64,000 bases of DNA from Verrucomicrobiota bacterium (GCA_016931415.1 JAFGEW010000006.1:28310-92309); one strand, 5' to 3'. Counted from the stretch's first letter, positions 50,036-59,348 are shown. Made by a program: numbers and translations. Notes: generated from the letters alone by a model not told the origin.

Positions 50036-50506
50036 ATGGTGCCCTGGGGAGGGCTCATGGACACCTACAGGTCACAGCTTATGCCCGGCGAGGTCGTGCG
50101 GCGCGCGTTGCATGCCGCGGGGCTTCGGTGTACGCCGCAGCGTCAGGCCGTCTTCGAGGAGCTTACCCGGCTGGGCGGCCACGTGAGCGCCGACATGCTG
50201 GCCGAACGGTTCCGCCGGCGCCGGGGCCGGGCCGCGCTCTCGCGCGCGACGGTGTACCGCACGCTGGCGCTCCTACAGCAGTGCGGCCTGGTGCGCGAGG
50301 TGTTGTTCACCGAGAGCCACAGCCACTACGAGGCGGTCACCAGCCACGAACACCACGAGCACATGGTGTGCACGGCATGCGGACGGGCCATCGAGTTCGA
50401 TGACTCCGACCTGGAGCGGGTCCTCGCTAAGGCCGCTCGGGCCAAGGACTTCTCTCTCATATCGCACCGCATCGAGATATACGGCCTCTGCGACCGCTGC
50501 CGGTAG
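50036..50506 (+). CDS. Fur-family metalloregulator (His-rich; Fur/Zur/Nur/PerR-like)
   Basis: Winged-helix N-terminus (TPQRQAVFEELTRLGGHVSADML...ATVYRTL), metal sites HSHYEAV..HEHHEHMVCTACG...CDRC. An alternative start at 50057 is possible. Confidence 0.8.
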   Translation: MVPWGGLMDTYRSQLMPGEVVRRALHAAGLRCTPQRQAVFEELTRLGGHVSADMLAERFRRRRGRAALSRATVYRTLALLQQCGLVREVLFTESHSHYEAVTSHEHHEHMVCTACGRAIEFDDSDLERVLAKAARAKDFSLISHRIEIYGLCDRCR

Positions 50507-50666
50507 CAGCCGGGCGTACCGAAACAGCCTGCCGGCATCTGCGAAGACTCGCTAAAGGCACGTCCCAGGACACCGATACCTCCTACCAGAGGCAAGGAGA
50601 GGCGTAGTCCCGACGGACATCCGCTGGGACATGGGCCTACATTGCGCAGACGAGCTGGAGGTACCG

Positions 50667-51056
50667 ATGCCGCGGATTCTCATCATCGACGACGACCCGA
50701 GCATTCGGCGCTTGATCACCAAGATTATCAGCACCGCCGACGTCGAGGTCATCGAGGCCTCTGACGGGTCTGAAGGGTACACCTTGGCCGCCGCGAATCC
50801 GCCAGACCTGATCCTGTGCGACGTGATGATGCCAAACCTTGACGGGATCGGGTTCCTGCAGAAGTGGTCGTCGCAGGCGACCGTGCCGTCCGTGCCGATT
50901 GTGATGATCACGTCAGTGACCGAGAAGTCGCGCATCATCGACGCGGTCAAGTACGGCGCCTCGGACTACATCGTCAAGCCGTTCGATCCGCTGGGGGTCC
51001 GGACCAAGATCACCAAGCTTCTCAAGGAACCGGCTACTCCGCCGCCTTCGGCCTGA
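50667..51056 (+). CDS. stand-alone response-regulator receiver (CheY-like)
   Basis: MPRILIIDDD...phospho-acceptor LILCDVMMP...conserved VKPF (Lys). SD GGAGG. Confidence 0.8.
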   Translation: MPRILIIDDDPSIRRLITKIISTADVEVIEASDGSEGYTLAAANPPDLILCDVMMPNLDGIGFLQKWSSQATVPSVPIVMITSVTEKSRIIDAVKYGASDYIVKPFDPLGVRTKITKLLKEPATPPPSA

Positions 51057-51223
51057 CCCTGCCTTGGTGCCGGGGTTCGGCTCCGCCTCGTCACTGGTGT
51101 ACACCAGCTCAAGGATCCGACTGTTTCGTCCTAACACGCGCTTGCCGGCGCGCCGATACTGGAAGCGAGGTCCTTCGTGGGGAGCGTGGCGCAATGCGAC
51201 GCACGCCAGATGGGAGAGGCGTC

Positions 51224-51604
51224 ATGACACGGGTCCTCGTCGTAGATGATGACGAACAGAGCCGCCGGCTCGTTAAGCGGGCTCTCGGCCAGATGCCGGA
51301 GGCCGAGGTGATGGAAGCCCAGGATGGAGAAGAGGGGCTTGACATCGCCCACCAGCGCCGGCCTGACGTCATCCTGCTGGACATCAAAATGCCGAACATG
51401 GACGGCATTGAGTTTCTCAAGCGTTCCTCGCGCGATGAGTCCCTGTCCAACGTTCCAGTCATGATGGTCACCGCGGTGGCCGACCGCCAGCAGGTTATCG
51501 TGTCGGTCTCCTACGGTGCACGCGACTACGTGGTCAAGCCGTTCGATCCCGTCGGGTTGATCAACAAGATCAAGCGACTCCTCGCCGACAGCACCATGCG
51601 TTAG
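51224..51604 (+). CDS. stand-alone response-regulator receiver (CheY-like), second copy
   Basis: MTRVLVVDDDE...VILLDIKMP...VVKPF. SD GGGAGAGG. Longer ORF 50864 is an out-of-frame overlap artefact. Confidence 0.8.
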   Translation: MTRVLVVDDDEQSRRLVKRALGQMPEAEVMEAQDGEEGLDIAHQRRPDVILLDIKMPNMDGIEFLKRSSRDESLSNVPVMMVTAVADRQQVIVSVSYGARDYVVKPFDPVGLINKIKRLLADSTMR

Positions 51605-51911
51605 GGTGGCACGGACACCCCACCCACGACCGCCGGCATGCACACGTCTCCTCCGCCCGCGTCAACACACGGGCAGGACGCCCATGCCACCTCCTTCCGC
51701 GCGCGAAGCGCACGTGGCGCCAAATAAGCGTTTGACACGCGCCCGCTCGTCTGCTAGTAGCTCGTGCAGTCAGCTTGGCACGGCTGTTGCATAAGGTGCG
51801 TCGGGTTTTCCGGCGGCCGGGGTGTCTGATGCGCCCCGAGCTGGTCGGCCAGACTGTTGGGAACCACGGGGCAACCTACGGCCCGGGATCTCGGTCACGG
51901 GGAGGCGGACC

Positions 51912-52655
51912 ATGGCGAAGAAAGCGGCGAAGAAGAAGACGGCCCGGCGCACACCTGCACCGGCGACCAGGCAACTACCGGAGTCCGGGGCGGCCGCGCC
52001 ACCCGTGTCCACGTCTGCAGCGGTGGAGGTCACCTCGCCGCCCACCGTGCCTGAGGGGCTCGACCCACTGCAGTTCATCAAGGAATTCGACAGCCAGCTT
52101 GACGTGTTGCTCGATGTCAAGCAGTCGCTCGAGACCGACTTGGCCGAGGCCCAAGGCGAGATCGCCCGCCAGCGCCACGCCAATGAAGACATGATGCAGC
52201 AGCTCAAGGAGCTCGAGGCCGAGGTCCAGCGCCAAGCCAGCGTGCGCAACGAGCTCGAGTTCCTCCACGGCGAAGCGATCAAGGCGACCGAAGAACTCAA
52301 GCAGCTCCGCGAGCTGCTCGAGGAGAAGCGGACCACCGCCGTGCGCAGGGACGAGCGGATCACCAAGCTCCAGGCCGATGAGCAGGAGATGCGCACCGAG
52401 ATCACCGCGCTCAAAGAGACGCAGTCGCAGATCCGCAACGAGCGGGCCGAGACGGACAGCCACCTCCAGGTAGCCAAGCTCGAGCGCAACGAGCTGCTGC
52501 TCGAGATCCGCAAGCTCCAGGACGTGCTCGCGCGCGACGAGGAGCGCGCCCAGTCGGCCGAGGCCGAGCTCGAGCAAGCGCGCATGGCGCTCTCGAAGCT
52601 CCACGGCTCGTTCGAAGTTTCCAAGCGCAAGGCAGAGCGCATCCTGAAGAAGTAG
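51912..52655 (+). CDS. coiled-coil protein with basic N-terminus (paralog of 54085-54876)
   Basis: Start MAKKAAKKK with GGAGG SD. Conserved segment GLDPLQFIKEFDSQLDVLLDVKQSLETDLAEAQ followed by about 180 aa of heptad-rich coiled coil. Confidence 0.65.
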   Translation: MAKKAAKKKTARRTPAPATRQLPESGAAAPPVSTSAAVEVTSPPTVPEGLDPLQFIKEFDSQLDVLLDVKQSLETDLAEAQGEIARQRHANEDMMQQLKELEAEVQRQASVRNELEFLHGEAIKATEELKQLRELLEEKRTTAVRRDERITKLQADEQEMRTEITALKETQSQIRNERAETDSHLQVAKLERNELLLEIRKLQDVLARDEERAQSAEAELEQARMALSKLHGSFEVSKRKAERILKK

Positions 52656-52697
52656 ACGGGGCCACGGCCGCGGCGGCAAGGCGAGCGCGAGGGTGTC

Positions 52698-53894
52698 ATG
52701 CGTTCCTCCCTTCAGCATTCGGGCGACGAGGCCGGCGAAGCGGTCACGCAGGCCGCGGCACAGGTCGCACAACTCATGCGCCAAAGACGGCGCGAGGCCA
52801 TTCACTCCCGCCAACTGATCGCACGCCTCGGCCGGATTCTCGATCGCCGGTGCGAACAACACGGGCTGACCGGTCTTCTGGGCGGTGACCTGGTACGCGA
52901 GATCACCGGAATACGCCGTCCCAGGCCCCTTCCCGTCACTGAGCCTGTCTCCAGGCCGCCGATGCCGCCACCCACGCCTGAACCGCCTCCAGAGGCCCCT
53001 GAAGCTGCCGCTGAGGAGATCGCGGAGGCTACAGAGATCGGGGCCGTAGTCGAGGCGCGTCAGCACGAAGAGCAGGCGGTCGGACTTGAGGCCCCGCAAG
53101 CTACACAAACCGAAGCCCCGACTGAAGAGGCCCAAGAAGAAGGAGCGGCGCCGGAACCGGAGCCTGCTCCGGTTTCCGAGGATCTCGACGCGGGAATTGT
53201 GAGCGACATCAGAGCGGCAGCGGCTGAAGCTGCTGCGGTCGAGGAGCTTGCCGAGGCGGCCCCGCTCGCCGAGGAAGGCGTCCGCGAGCCGGCGCGTGAA
53301 ACCGTTCGGCCGAGTCGGGCGCCTTTGCGCACCGAGGCCGATGGCGAGACGCCGTTCGAGTTTGTCATCGAGCCGCGTGCGCTCGTCCCCGGACGGATCG
53401 AGTTTGTTCGCAGCTCCGATGAGGTGTTGTTCAACAGGGCCATCGACTCGTTGGGCTCGCGCGACGCGCGCGGCATGCGTGAGGGCCTCCAGATGCTTGG
53501 CCGTATCCCGGGCGAGACCGCCGCGGCCGTATTGCGGAACCTCTACTCGATTGCGCCAGCGCGGTGGCGGTCTGAGGTGGCTCACCAGCTCGTCAATCAC
53601 GCCGCACCGGGCATCAAGGAGTTCTTCCGCGAGGTGCTCGATCGGCATGATGAGCCGGCCGTGGTGCGCGTCGCCGCGCTGCGTGCGCTCTATGCGCGCG
53701 ACAAGGCGCTTGCCACCGAGTATCTGCTCAAGGCGCTTGGCGACGAGAGTGACGATGTGCGCGCGGCGGCGGCCACGTATGTGGGCTGGCTGCGCGAGAA
53801 GCGCGCCATGCCGCTGCTCGAGCAGCTCGTGGGTGACCGCTCGTCGGTCGTGGCCACGGCCGCGTTGCGCGCGGCGGCCTCGATCCGGCTGTGA
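52698..53894 (+). CDS. HEAT/PBS-lyase repeat protein with Pro/Ala/Glu-rich linker
   Basis: C-terminal HEAT-like repeats (VRVAALRALYARDKALATEYLLKALGDESDDVRAAAATYVGWLREKRAMPLLEQL). Confidence 0.65.
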   Translation: MRSSLQHSGDEAGEAVTQAAAQVAQLMRQRRREAIHSRQLIARLGRILDRRCEQHGLTGLLGGDLVREITGIRRPRPLPVTEPVSRPPMPPPTPEPPPEAPEAAAEEIAEATEIGAVVEARQHEEQAVGLEAPQATQTEAPTEEAQEEGAAPEPEPAPVSEDLDAGIVSDIRAAAAEAAAVEELAEAAPLAEEGVREPARETVRPSRAPLRTEADGETPFEFVIEPRALVPGRIEFVRSSDEVLFNRAIDSLGSRDARGMREGLQMLGRIPGETAAAVLRNLYSIAPARWRSEVAHQLVNHAAPGIKEFFREVLDRHDEPAVVRVAALRALYARDKALATEYLLKALGDESDDVRAAAATYVGWLREKRAMPLLEQLVGDRSSVVATAALRAAASIRL

Positions 53895-53916
53895 TCGCTG
53901 CGCGTCCTTCTCGAGT

Positions 53917-53960
53917 GCGCGCCCGCATTCAATGCGCGCCCGCATTCAATGCGCGCCCGG
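53917..53960. repeat. 17-bp direct repeat x2.6 (gcgcgcccgcattcaat) immediately after the HEAT-protein stop
   Basis: Read directly: gcgcgcccgcattcaat gcgcgcccgcattcaat gcgcgcccgg. Confidence 0.8.
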
Positions 53961-54084
53961 CACGGCGCTTGCTGTCCAGTGCGGACAATGCAATACGTTC
54001 TTGTGTACGGGAGCGAGGCCGGTATAATGCAGGTGGGCGGTGCTGCCCGGGTCCGAGGTCTTGAATGCACACGGGAGAGAGCTG

Positions 54085-54876
54085 ATGTACGTTGAGCCCG
54101 AAATCGTCGGCTCGCTGGTGCCGGCAGCCGATGCAGTAAGCCCGGGCGCCGACGCGGCGGGCGACGCCGCCGCGTACGAGTTCGAGCGGACCTCGTCGCA
54201 GATCGCCCTGCGCGATCGCGAGCTGACCGTGGACGTGGATGCGCTCGTCTCGGGCGAGTTCGAGCCGCTCGAGTTCGCCAAAGAGCTCGACACGCAGTTC
54301 GAGCTCATCCTCGACATCAACAAGGCGCTCGAGGCCGACCTGCGCCAGGCGCGCGAGGATCTGCGCGATCTCAAGCGGCGCAACGCCCAGGTCGAGAAAC
54401 TGCTGCGCCAAGCCAAGAACGACATCAAGAAGGGCGGCGACCTCGACGAGAAGCTGACGCGCGAACGGACCGCCTACGAGACGCTGCTCGACCAGATCGA
54501 CGTCACCAAGCAGGACATCGAGCGCGAAGAGCTCGTTATCAGGAAGAAAGACGACAAGATCGGGCGCCTCAACGAAGTGCACGACCGGCTCACGTACGAG
54601 ATCGGCGTGCTCAAGAACAAGATCGAGGGCGTGCGCGCCGAGAAGTCTGAGATCGAGAACCGCCTCCAGACCGTCTACTTCGACCTGCGCGACCTTGAGG
54701 AGCAGAAGAAAGGCGTCGAGACGGCCATCAACGACGTGCGCCATCGCACCAAGGCGACGCGCGACCACATCCTCAAGATCAAGCGCACGCTGTCCAACGT
54801 GCTTACCGCGTTTGCCAACACGCAGAACAAGGCGCGGCTCCAGTTCAGCCGCATCAAGGCCATCGAGCAGAAGTAG
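54085..54876 (+). CDS. coiled-coil protein (paralog of 51912-52655)
   Basis: Shares EPLEFAKELDTQFELILDINKALEADLRQAREDL with the paralog's PLQFIKEFDSQLDVLLDVKQSLETDLAEAQGEI. Remainder is coiled coil. SD GGGAGAG. Confidence 0.65.
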   Translation: MYVEPEIVGSLVPAADAVSPGADAAGDAAAYEFERTSSQIALRDRELTVDVDALVSGEFEPLEFAKELDTQFELILDINKALEADLRQAREDLRDLKRRNAQVEKLLRQAKNDIKKGGDLDEKLTRERTAYETLLDQIDVTKQDIEREELVIRKKDDKIGRLNEVHDRLTYEIGVLKNKIEGVRAEKSEIENRLQTVYFDLRDLEEQKKGVETAINDVRHRTKATRDHILKIKRTLSNVLTAFANTQNKARLQFSRIKAIEQK

Positions 54877-55012
54877 CGCGCGAAGACAGCAGGAGATCGA
54901 TCACGGCCTTGTCGCCTCCGGGCGGCAAGGCCGTTCTGCCGTGGCATGCCCGCTCCAGCCAAGAGGCGCGCATTCCCGCCGGCGATCACCGACCGGACGC
55001 CCGTGCCACGTC

Positions 55013-56164
55013 CTACTGCGCCGCCTCGGCGGGCTCTTGGTCCGCCGCCTCGGCGGGCTTCTGACCCACCGTCTCGGCGGGCTTCTGACGCGTTGTCTCA
55101 GCGGGCTTGTAGCGCTGGGCCTTGCGCAGGATGCGTTCGGCGTCGCGTTCGCGGTCGAGGCGTTTGAGCGTGCTCGCCAGGTTAAGGTACGCGGTGTAGA
55201 AATCGGTGCGGTACTTGACGGCGCTGCGGAAGGCGGCTTCGGCCCTCTCGTACTCGCCCATGGCGAAGAGGACGTTGCCGAGCTCGTTCCAGACTTGGGC
55301 GTCCTTGGGCATTCTCTTGAGGTAGAAGTTGAACTGATCGATGGAGGCTTGGGGCCGGCCGATGCGCGCGAGCAGACGGGCCTTCTCGGTGTAGGCCTCG
55401 GTGTAGTTGGGTTGGAGCGTGGTGAGCCGCTCAAGCTCCAGGACGGCCTCGTACAGCCGGTCGGAGTTGGCGAGTGCCATGGCGTGCTCGAACCGCACGG
55501 GTAAGTAGCCGGGCCGTTCCTGGAGCGCGCGCTCGAAGGCATCGGCCGCCTCGACGTAGCGACCGAGCTTCATGAGCACGGCCCCCTTGTTCGACAGCAC
55601 GTCGAATGGCGGCGCCCCGAACTGGGCGGCGTTCTCGAGCGATACGAGCGCCAGGTCGTGCTTCCCCATCTGGCTGTAGGCGATGGCGATGTTGACGTGC
55701 GCGGGCGCGTAGCCCACCTCACGCTTGAGCGCGTGCTCGAAGGCGGCGATCGCCTCTTCGACGCGGCCCAGCCGCAGCAGGGCCACGCCGCGGCTGTTCT
55801 GGGCCGGGACGAACCCGGGCGAGACGGCCAATGCGGCCTCGTACGCTTCGAGCTCGCGTTTCTCGTTGCCGAGACGGGCGTAGCAGGCGCCGATTTCGAG
55901 GTAGGGGCGCGGGTTGTCCGGCTCCAGATCGAGGGCGCGTCGGAAGCTGGCTATCGCCTTGTTGTACTGGCCGGCGTCGTAGAGCTCGATGCCGCGTTCG
56001 TAATAGGCGCCGGCTTGACCGAGCGCGTTGATCTGGTCGGGGGTTGGTCCCGGATCGCTTGTCGTGCCGCGGCCGCAGCCGCTGCAGAGCGCGACAAGCG
56101 CGATGAGCATCGAGAAGCAGATCGCTGTGGTGCAGAGACGCAAACGGCGGCGCATATCAGGCAT
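55013..56164 (-). CDS. TPR-repeat lipoprotein with C-terminal 8-aa tandem repeats
   Basis: Lipobox LVALCSGCG after start MPDMRRR. At least 8 TPR units. C-terminus KPAETTRQKPAETVGQKPAEAADQEPAEAAQ. The longer upstream ORF is Arg-rich and unlikely to be coding. Confidence 0.7.
   Translation of the reverse strand: MPDMRRRLRLCTTAICFSMLIALVALCSGCGRGTTSDPGPTPDQINALGQAGAYYERGIELYDAGQYNKAIASFRRALDLEPDNPRPYLEIGACYARLGNEKRELEAYEAALAVSPGFVPAQNSRGVALLRLGRVEEAIAAFEHALKREVGYAPAHVNIAIAYSQMGKHDLALVSLENAAQFGAPPFDVLSNKGAVLMKLGRYVEAADAFERALQERPGYLPVRFEHAMALANSDRLYEAVLELERLTTLQPNYTEAYTEKARLLARIGRPQASIDQFNFYLKRMPKDAQVWNELGNVLFAMGEYERAEAAFRSAVKYRTDFYTAYLNLASTLKRLDRERDAERILRKAQRYKPAETTRQKPAETVGQKPAEAADQEPAEAAQ
55016..55113. 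repeat. about 24-bp tandem repeat x4 encoding the PAExxxQK repeats at the TPR-lipoprotein C-terminus
   Basis: cgcctcggcgggct(t)ctg... units seen four times. Confidence 0.75.
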
Positions 56165-56253
56165 TGGGGCTCGCTCCGGTCTCCGGGCTGGGCCCGGCGT
56201 CGTCCAGAATCCGTTCGCTGGTACGCCCCGCGCGACCCGGGGTCCCAGCGCGT

Positions 56254-57315
56254 CTACGCTTCTGACGAGGAGGCGGCCACGCCGCCGTCGCGCGCGTCGG
56301 CGAGCTGGTCCGCGGTAGGCTTCTCCTCTTGCTTGAGCTTGATGACCTTCTCGCTGAAGACGCCGATCTCGCGGAACCGCTGGTAGCGGCGATCGAGCAG
56401 ATCGTCGGGCCTCACGATGGAAAGCCGGTCGAGGTGCACGATGAGCCGTTCTTTGATCGCGGCGGCCATCTTCTCGGGGTCGTAGTGGCAGCCGCCGAGC
56501 GGCTCGGGCAGGATCTCGTCGACGATGTGCTGCTTGAGCAGGTCCTCGCTCGCGAGTTTCATCGTCGCCGCCGCTTTGGCCATCTGGCCCGCGTCGCGCC
56601 ACAGGATAGCCGCGCAGCCCTCGGGCGTGATGACCGAGTAGTACGCGTGTTGGAGGATGAGCACAACGTCGCCGACGCCGATGCCGATGGCACCGCCCGA
56701 GCAGCCCTCGCCGGTGATGATCACAATCATCGGTGTGCGGACGCGCATCATCTCGCGCAAGTTGTAGGCGATCGCCTGCGAGATGCCGCGCTCCTCGGCC
56801 CCGATGCCGGGGTAGGCGCCGGGCGTGTCGATAAACGCGATGGTCGGAATATGGAACTTCTCGGCCATCTGCATCAGACGCAGCGCCTTCCGGTAGCCCT
56901 CCGGGTGCGGCATGCCGAAGTTGCGCATCGTGCGCTCCTTGGTGTCGCGCCCCTTCTGCGTCGCCACGAGCATGACACGGTGGTGGCCGAGCCGCGCGAT
57001 GCCACCGACCATGGCGCGGTCGTCGGCGAACAGCCGGTCGCCGTGCAGCTCAATCCAGTCGGTCATCATCATTTGGACGAAGTCGAGGAAGTAGGGCCGC
57101 TGGGGGTGGCGGGCGATGAGCACGCGTTCCCAGGCGCCCAGGTTGCCGTAGACGGCCTGCTTTTCCTCGTCGAGCTTCTGTTCGAGCTGCCGGATCTGGT
57201 CGCGCAGGTCGACGGACTGCTCGCGCGTCCAGCCCTTGAGTTCCTCGATCTTCTTCTCGAGCTCGCGCAACGGGCGCTCGAACTCGAGCGGCGTCACTTC
57301 GCGTTGCGTGGCCAT
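56254..57315 (-). CDS. accA: acetyl-CoA carboxylase carboxyltransferase subunit alpha
   Basis: LEFERPLRELEKKIEEL..., IGMPHPEGYRKALRLMQMAEKFHIPTIAFIDTPGAYPG, GEGCSGGA. SD AAGGAGA before ATG at 57315. Confidence 0.9.
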   Translation of the reverse strand: MATQREVTPLEFERPLRELEKKIEELKGWTREQSVDLRDQIRQLEQKLDEEKQAVYGNLGAWERVLIARHPQRPYFLDFVQMMMTDWIELHGDRLFADDRAMVGGIARLGHHRVMLVATQKGRDTKERTMRNFGMPHPEGYRKALRLMQMAEKFHIPTIAFIDTPGAYPGIGAEERGISQAIAYNLREMMRVRTPMIVIITGEGCSGGAIGIGVGDVVLILQHAYYSVITPEGCAAILWRDAGQMAKAAATMKLASEDLLKQHIVDEILPEPLGGCHYDPEKMAAAIKERLIVHLDRLSIVRPDDLLDRRYQRFREIGVFSEKVIKLKQEEKPTADQLADARDGGVAASSSEA

Positions 57316-57373
57316 AGGTATCTCCTTTGTGCGCGGCGCGCGGGCGACGCGTGTCACGCGGCGGCTCCGACTC

Positions 57374-58474
57374 CTAGTCGACGATTTCTACGGGCGTGCC
57401 CTTGACGACGATCTTGTAGAGCTCCTCGACGTCCTTGTTATGCATGCGCACGCAGCCGGCGCTGCTGTGCTTGCCGATGGTCTCGGGCTCGGTTGTGCCG
57501 TGGATGCCGAAGCCCCTGAGCGTTCCGGCTTCGTCGGTGAACTGCATCCACCGCGTGCCCAGGATGTTGCGGGGGTCGCCATAGGGGATCCCGTTCCACA
57601 TCGGGTCGACCTCCTTCGACACGATGGTGAACTTGCCCACGGGCGTGTTGCTGAACTTGCCGGTGCCGACGGCGTACTCCTTCATGAAGGTGTCACCGCA
57701 GAACAGCGTCAGCGTGTTGTCCGACTTGTCAACGACGATGCGGAAGGTGTCAACGACGACCTTGAGCCGATCACCCGGCCGGATTTGGCGGGGGTCGGAG
57801 ATGCGGTTCGCTTCCTGGAGCAGCTCGGCGGTCGTCTTGCCATTGTAGGTCCTGCCAGCGATCCTGACGAGCGAATCGCCGGAGGCGACCGTGTAGTACT
57901 CGCACTTCGGCACCTCGGTCACGAACGGCGAGAACAGCACAGCGATGTTGACGTCGCCGAGCTTGGCCTTGATGAGGGCCGGATCTTTGGCCTTGGCGCG
58001 GTAGGCGTTCAGCGGTTCGAGGGCGTCTTGGGCCCTATCGGCTTTGATGCACAGGTCGGCCAGGGCCGTCATCGCCTTGTCAGCCCATGTGGTCGCGGGG
58101 GCAAGGGCGACGGCCTGCTTGAACATGGCGGTCGCGCCGGCCACATCGGGTGGACTGGGCATGGCGCGCAGCATGCCGATGCGGTACGCGGCCTCGCCGC
58201 GCGCGGCTTTGTCGAGCGTGGCATCGTTCATGACGGCCGTCCAGGCATCGAGCGCGCGGGCGTCGCCCTGCTCGGAGAGCGTGCGCGCGTGGGCCACGGC
58301 GGCGGGCACGTTGGCCGCTGCTGCCTGCGACTTGGCCGTGCCTTTGCTCTTGCCCGGGCTCCTGCCGCCCGAGGCGCGGTAGGCCGTCCAGAGACCCAGC
58401 GCCACGACGACGACAGCGAGCACCACGACGATGATCGCCAGTTCGGTGTGTTTTCTTGCGGGAAGTCGTTTCAT
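57374..58474 (-). CDS. L,D-transpeptidase (YkuD) with LysM domain and TPR-like N-terminal region
   Basis: Signal anchor; LysM YYTVASGDSLVRIAGRTY; catalytic HGT...SAGCVRM. Confidence 0.85.
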   Translation of the reverse strand: MKRLPARKHTELAIIVVVLAVVVVALGLWTAYRASGGRSPGKSKGTAKSQAAAANVPAAVAHARTLSEQGDARALDAWTAVMNDATLDKAARGEAAYRIGMLRAMPSPPDVAGATAMFKQAVALAPATTWADKAMTALADLCIKADRAQDALEPLNAYRAKAKDPALIKAKLGDVNIAVLFSPFVTEVPKCEYYTVASGDSLVRIAGRTYNGKTTAELLQEANRISDPRQIRPGDRLKVVVDTFRIVVDKSDNTLTLFCGDTFMKEYAVGTGKFSNTPVGKFTIVSKEVDPMWNGIPYGDPRNILGTRWMQFTDEAGTLRGFGIHGTTEPETIGKHSSAGCVRMHNKDVEELYKIVVKGTPVEIVD

Positions 58475-58523
58475 CGGGTGTCCATGGAGCGTTGGTTAGA
58501 CGTTGCTCGGGTACTTGCGCAGT

Positions 58524-59348
58524 CTAGCTGGACGCGCTCTGCCTGATGTCGCGGACAAACAAGCGAACGTCAGGGTAGCGCTTCTCCAGGTCTTTTTCAA
58601 GCGATAGGAATACGGCGTGCTCCAGGGCTGGGCTCACATTAGGGTTGTAGCGGCGGATCGGCTCGGGCTTGAGGCGGAAGTCAGTGTGGGCGCGCATGAT
58701 CTCCTGCTCGGTGCTGCCCGTGTACGGCAGCCGTAAGGCCAGCACTTCGTATGCCAGGATGCCGAGCGAGTAGATGTCGACGCGCTCGTCGTAGCGGCGC
58801 AGGAGCAATCGCTCGGGGGCGATGTAGCTCGGGCTGCCGCTGATGCGCCTCGAGTAGAGGAACTCGCGGTGCTTCTCGACCGCGAGACTGAAATCGGCCA
58901 GGCGCACGTCCTTGCCGTCTTCGGAGACGAGCACGTTTTCGGGTTTGACATCGCGGTGGATCATGTGTTGGGCGTGGTGCAGGTGGGCGAGCGCCTCGCC
59001 AACGGCGCGCAGGATGGGCACCGGCCGGGTGCGCAGCACCTCGCGCTTCTCGATGATGAAGCGCTTGAGGTTGTCGCCCTCGATGAGCTCGGTGGCCACG
59101 AACGGGGTGTCGCGTGCCTCGCCGATCTCGAAGACGCGGACCACGTTCGGGTGATCGCAGCGCGCCTCGAGCCGGGCGCCGCGCATGAACTGGCGCACGG
59201 CCGTCGGGTTGCCGCGCAGCTCGGGCAGGAGCAGGCGCACCGCGGCGGGCCGGCCCGACGCGGTTGAGCGCGCGCGGTAGACCTCGGAGAGGCTCCCGCG
59301 GTTGATCCGCTCAGTAAGCTCGAATCCGCCAAACGTCATGCCGTACAT
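58524..59348 (-). CDS. Ser/Thr protein kinase-like protein, atypical (possible pseudokinase)
   Basis: HRDVKPENVL catalytic loop and APE present. However the Gly-loop is degenerate (RGSLSEV), the beta3 Lys position reads AAVRLL (Arg), and DFG reads DFS. Confidence 0.75.
   Translation of the reverse strand: MYGMTFGGFELTERINRGSLSEVYRARSTASGRPAAVRLLLPELRGNPTAVRQFMRGARLEARCDHPNVVRVFEIGEARDTPFVATELIEGDNLKRFIIEKREVLRTRPVPILRAVGEALAHLHHAQHMIHRDVKPENVLVSEDGKDVRLADFSLAVEKHREFLYSRRISGSPSYIAPERLLLRRYDERVDIYSLGILAYEVLALRLPYTGSTEQEIMRAHTDFRLKPEPIRRYNPNVSPALEHAVFLSLEKDLEKRYPDVRLFVRDIRQSASS

Noticed and set aside
50864-51604. 246-aa ORF suggesting a larger fused response regulator
   Set aside because: Its N-terminal 120 aa are an out-of-frame overlap of the first receiver gene. 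A good SD and ATG at 51224 define a separate 126-aa receiver.
51975-53945. 656-aa minus-strand ORF spanning the coiled-coil and HEAT genes
   Set aside because: Antisense to two plus-strand genes with good SD sites. Arg/Leu/Gly-rich.
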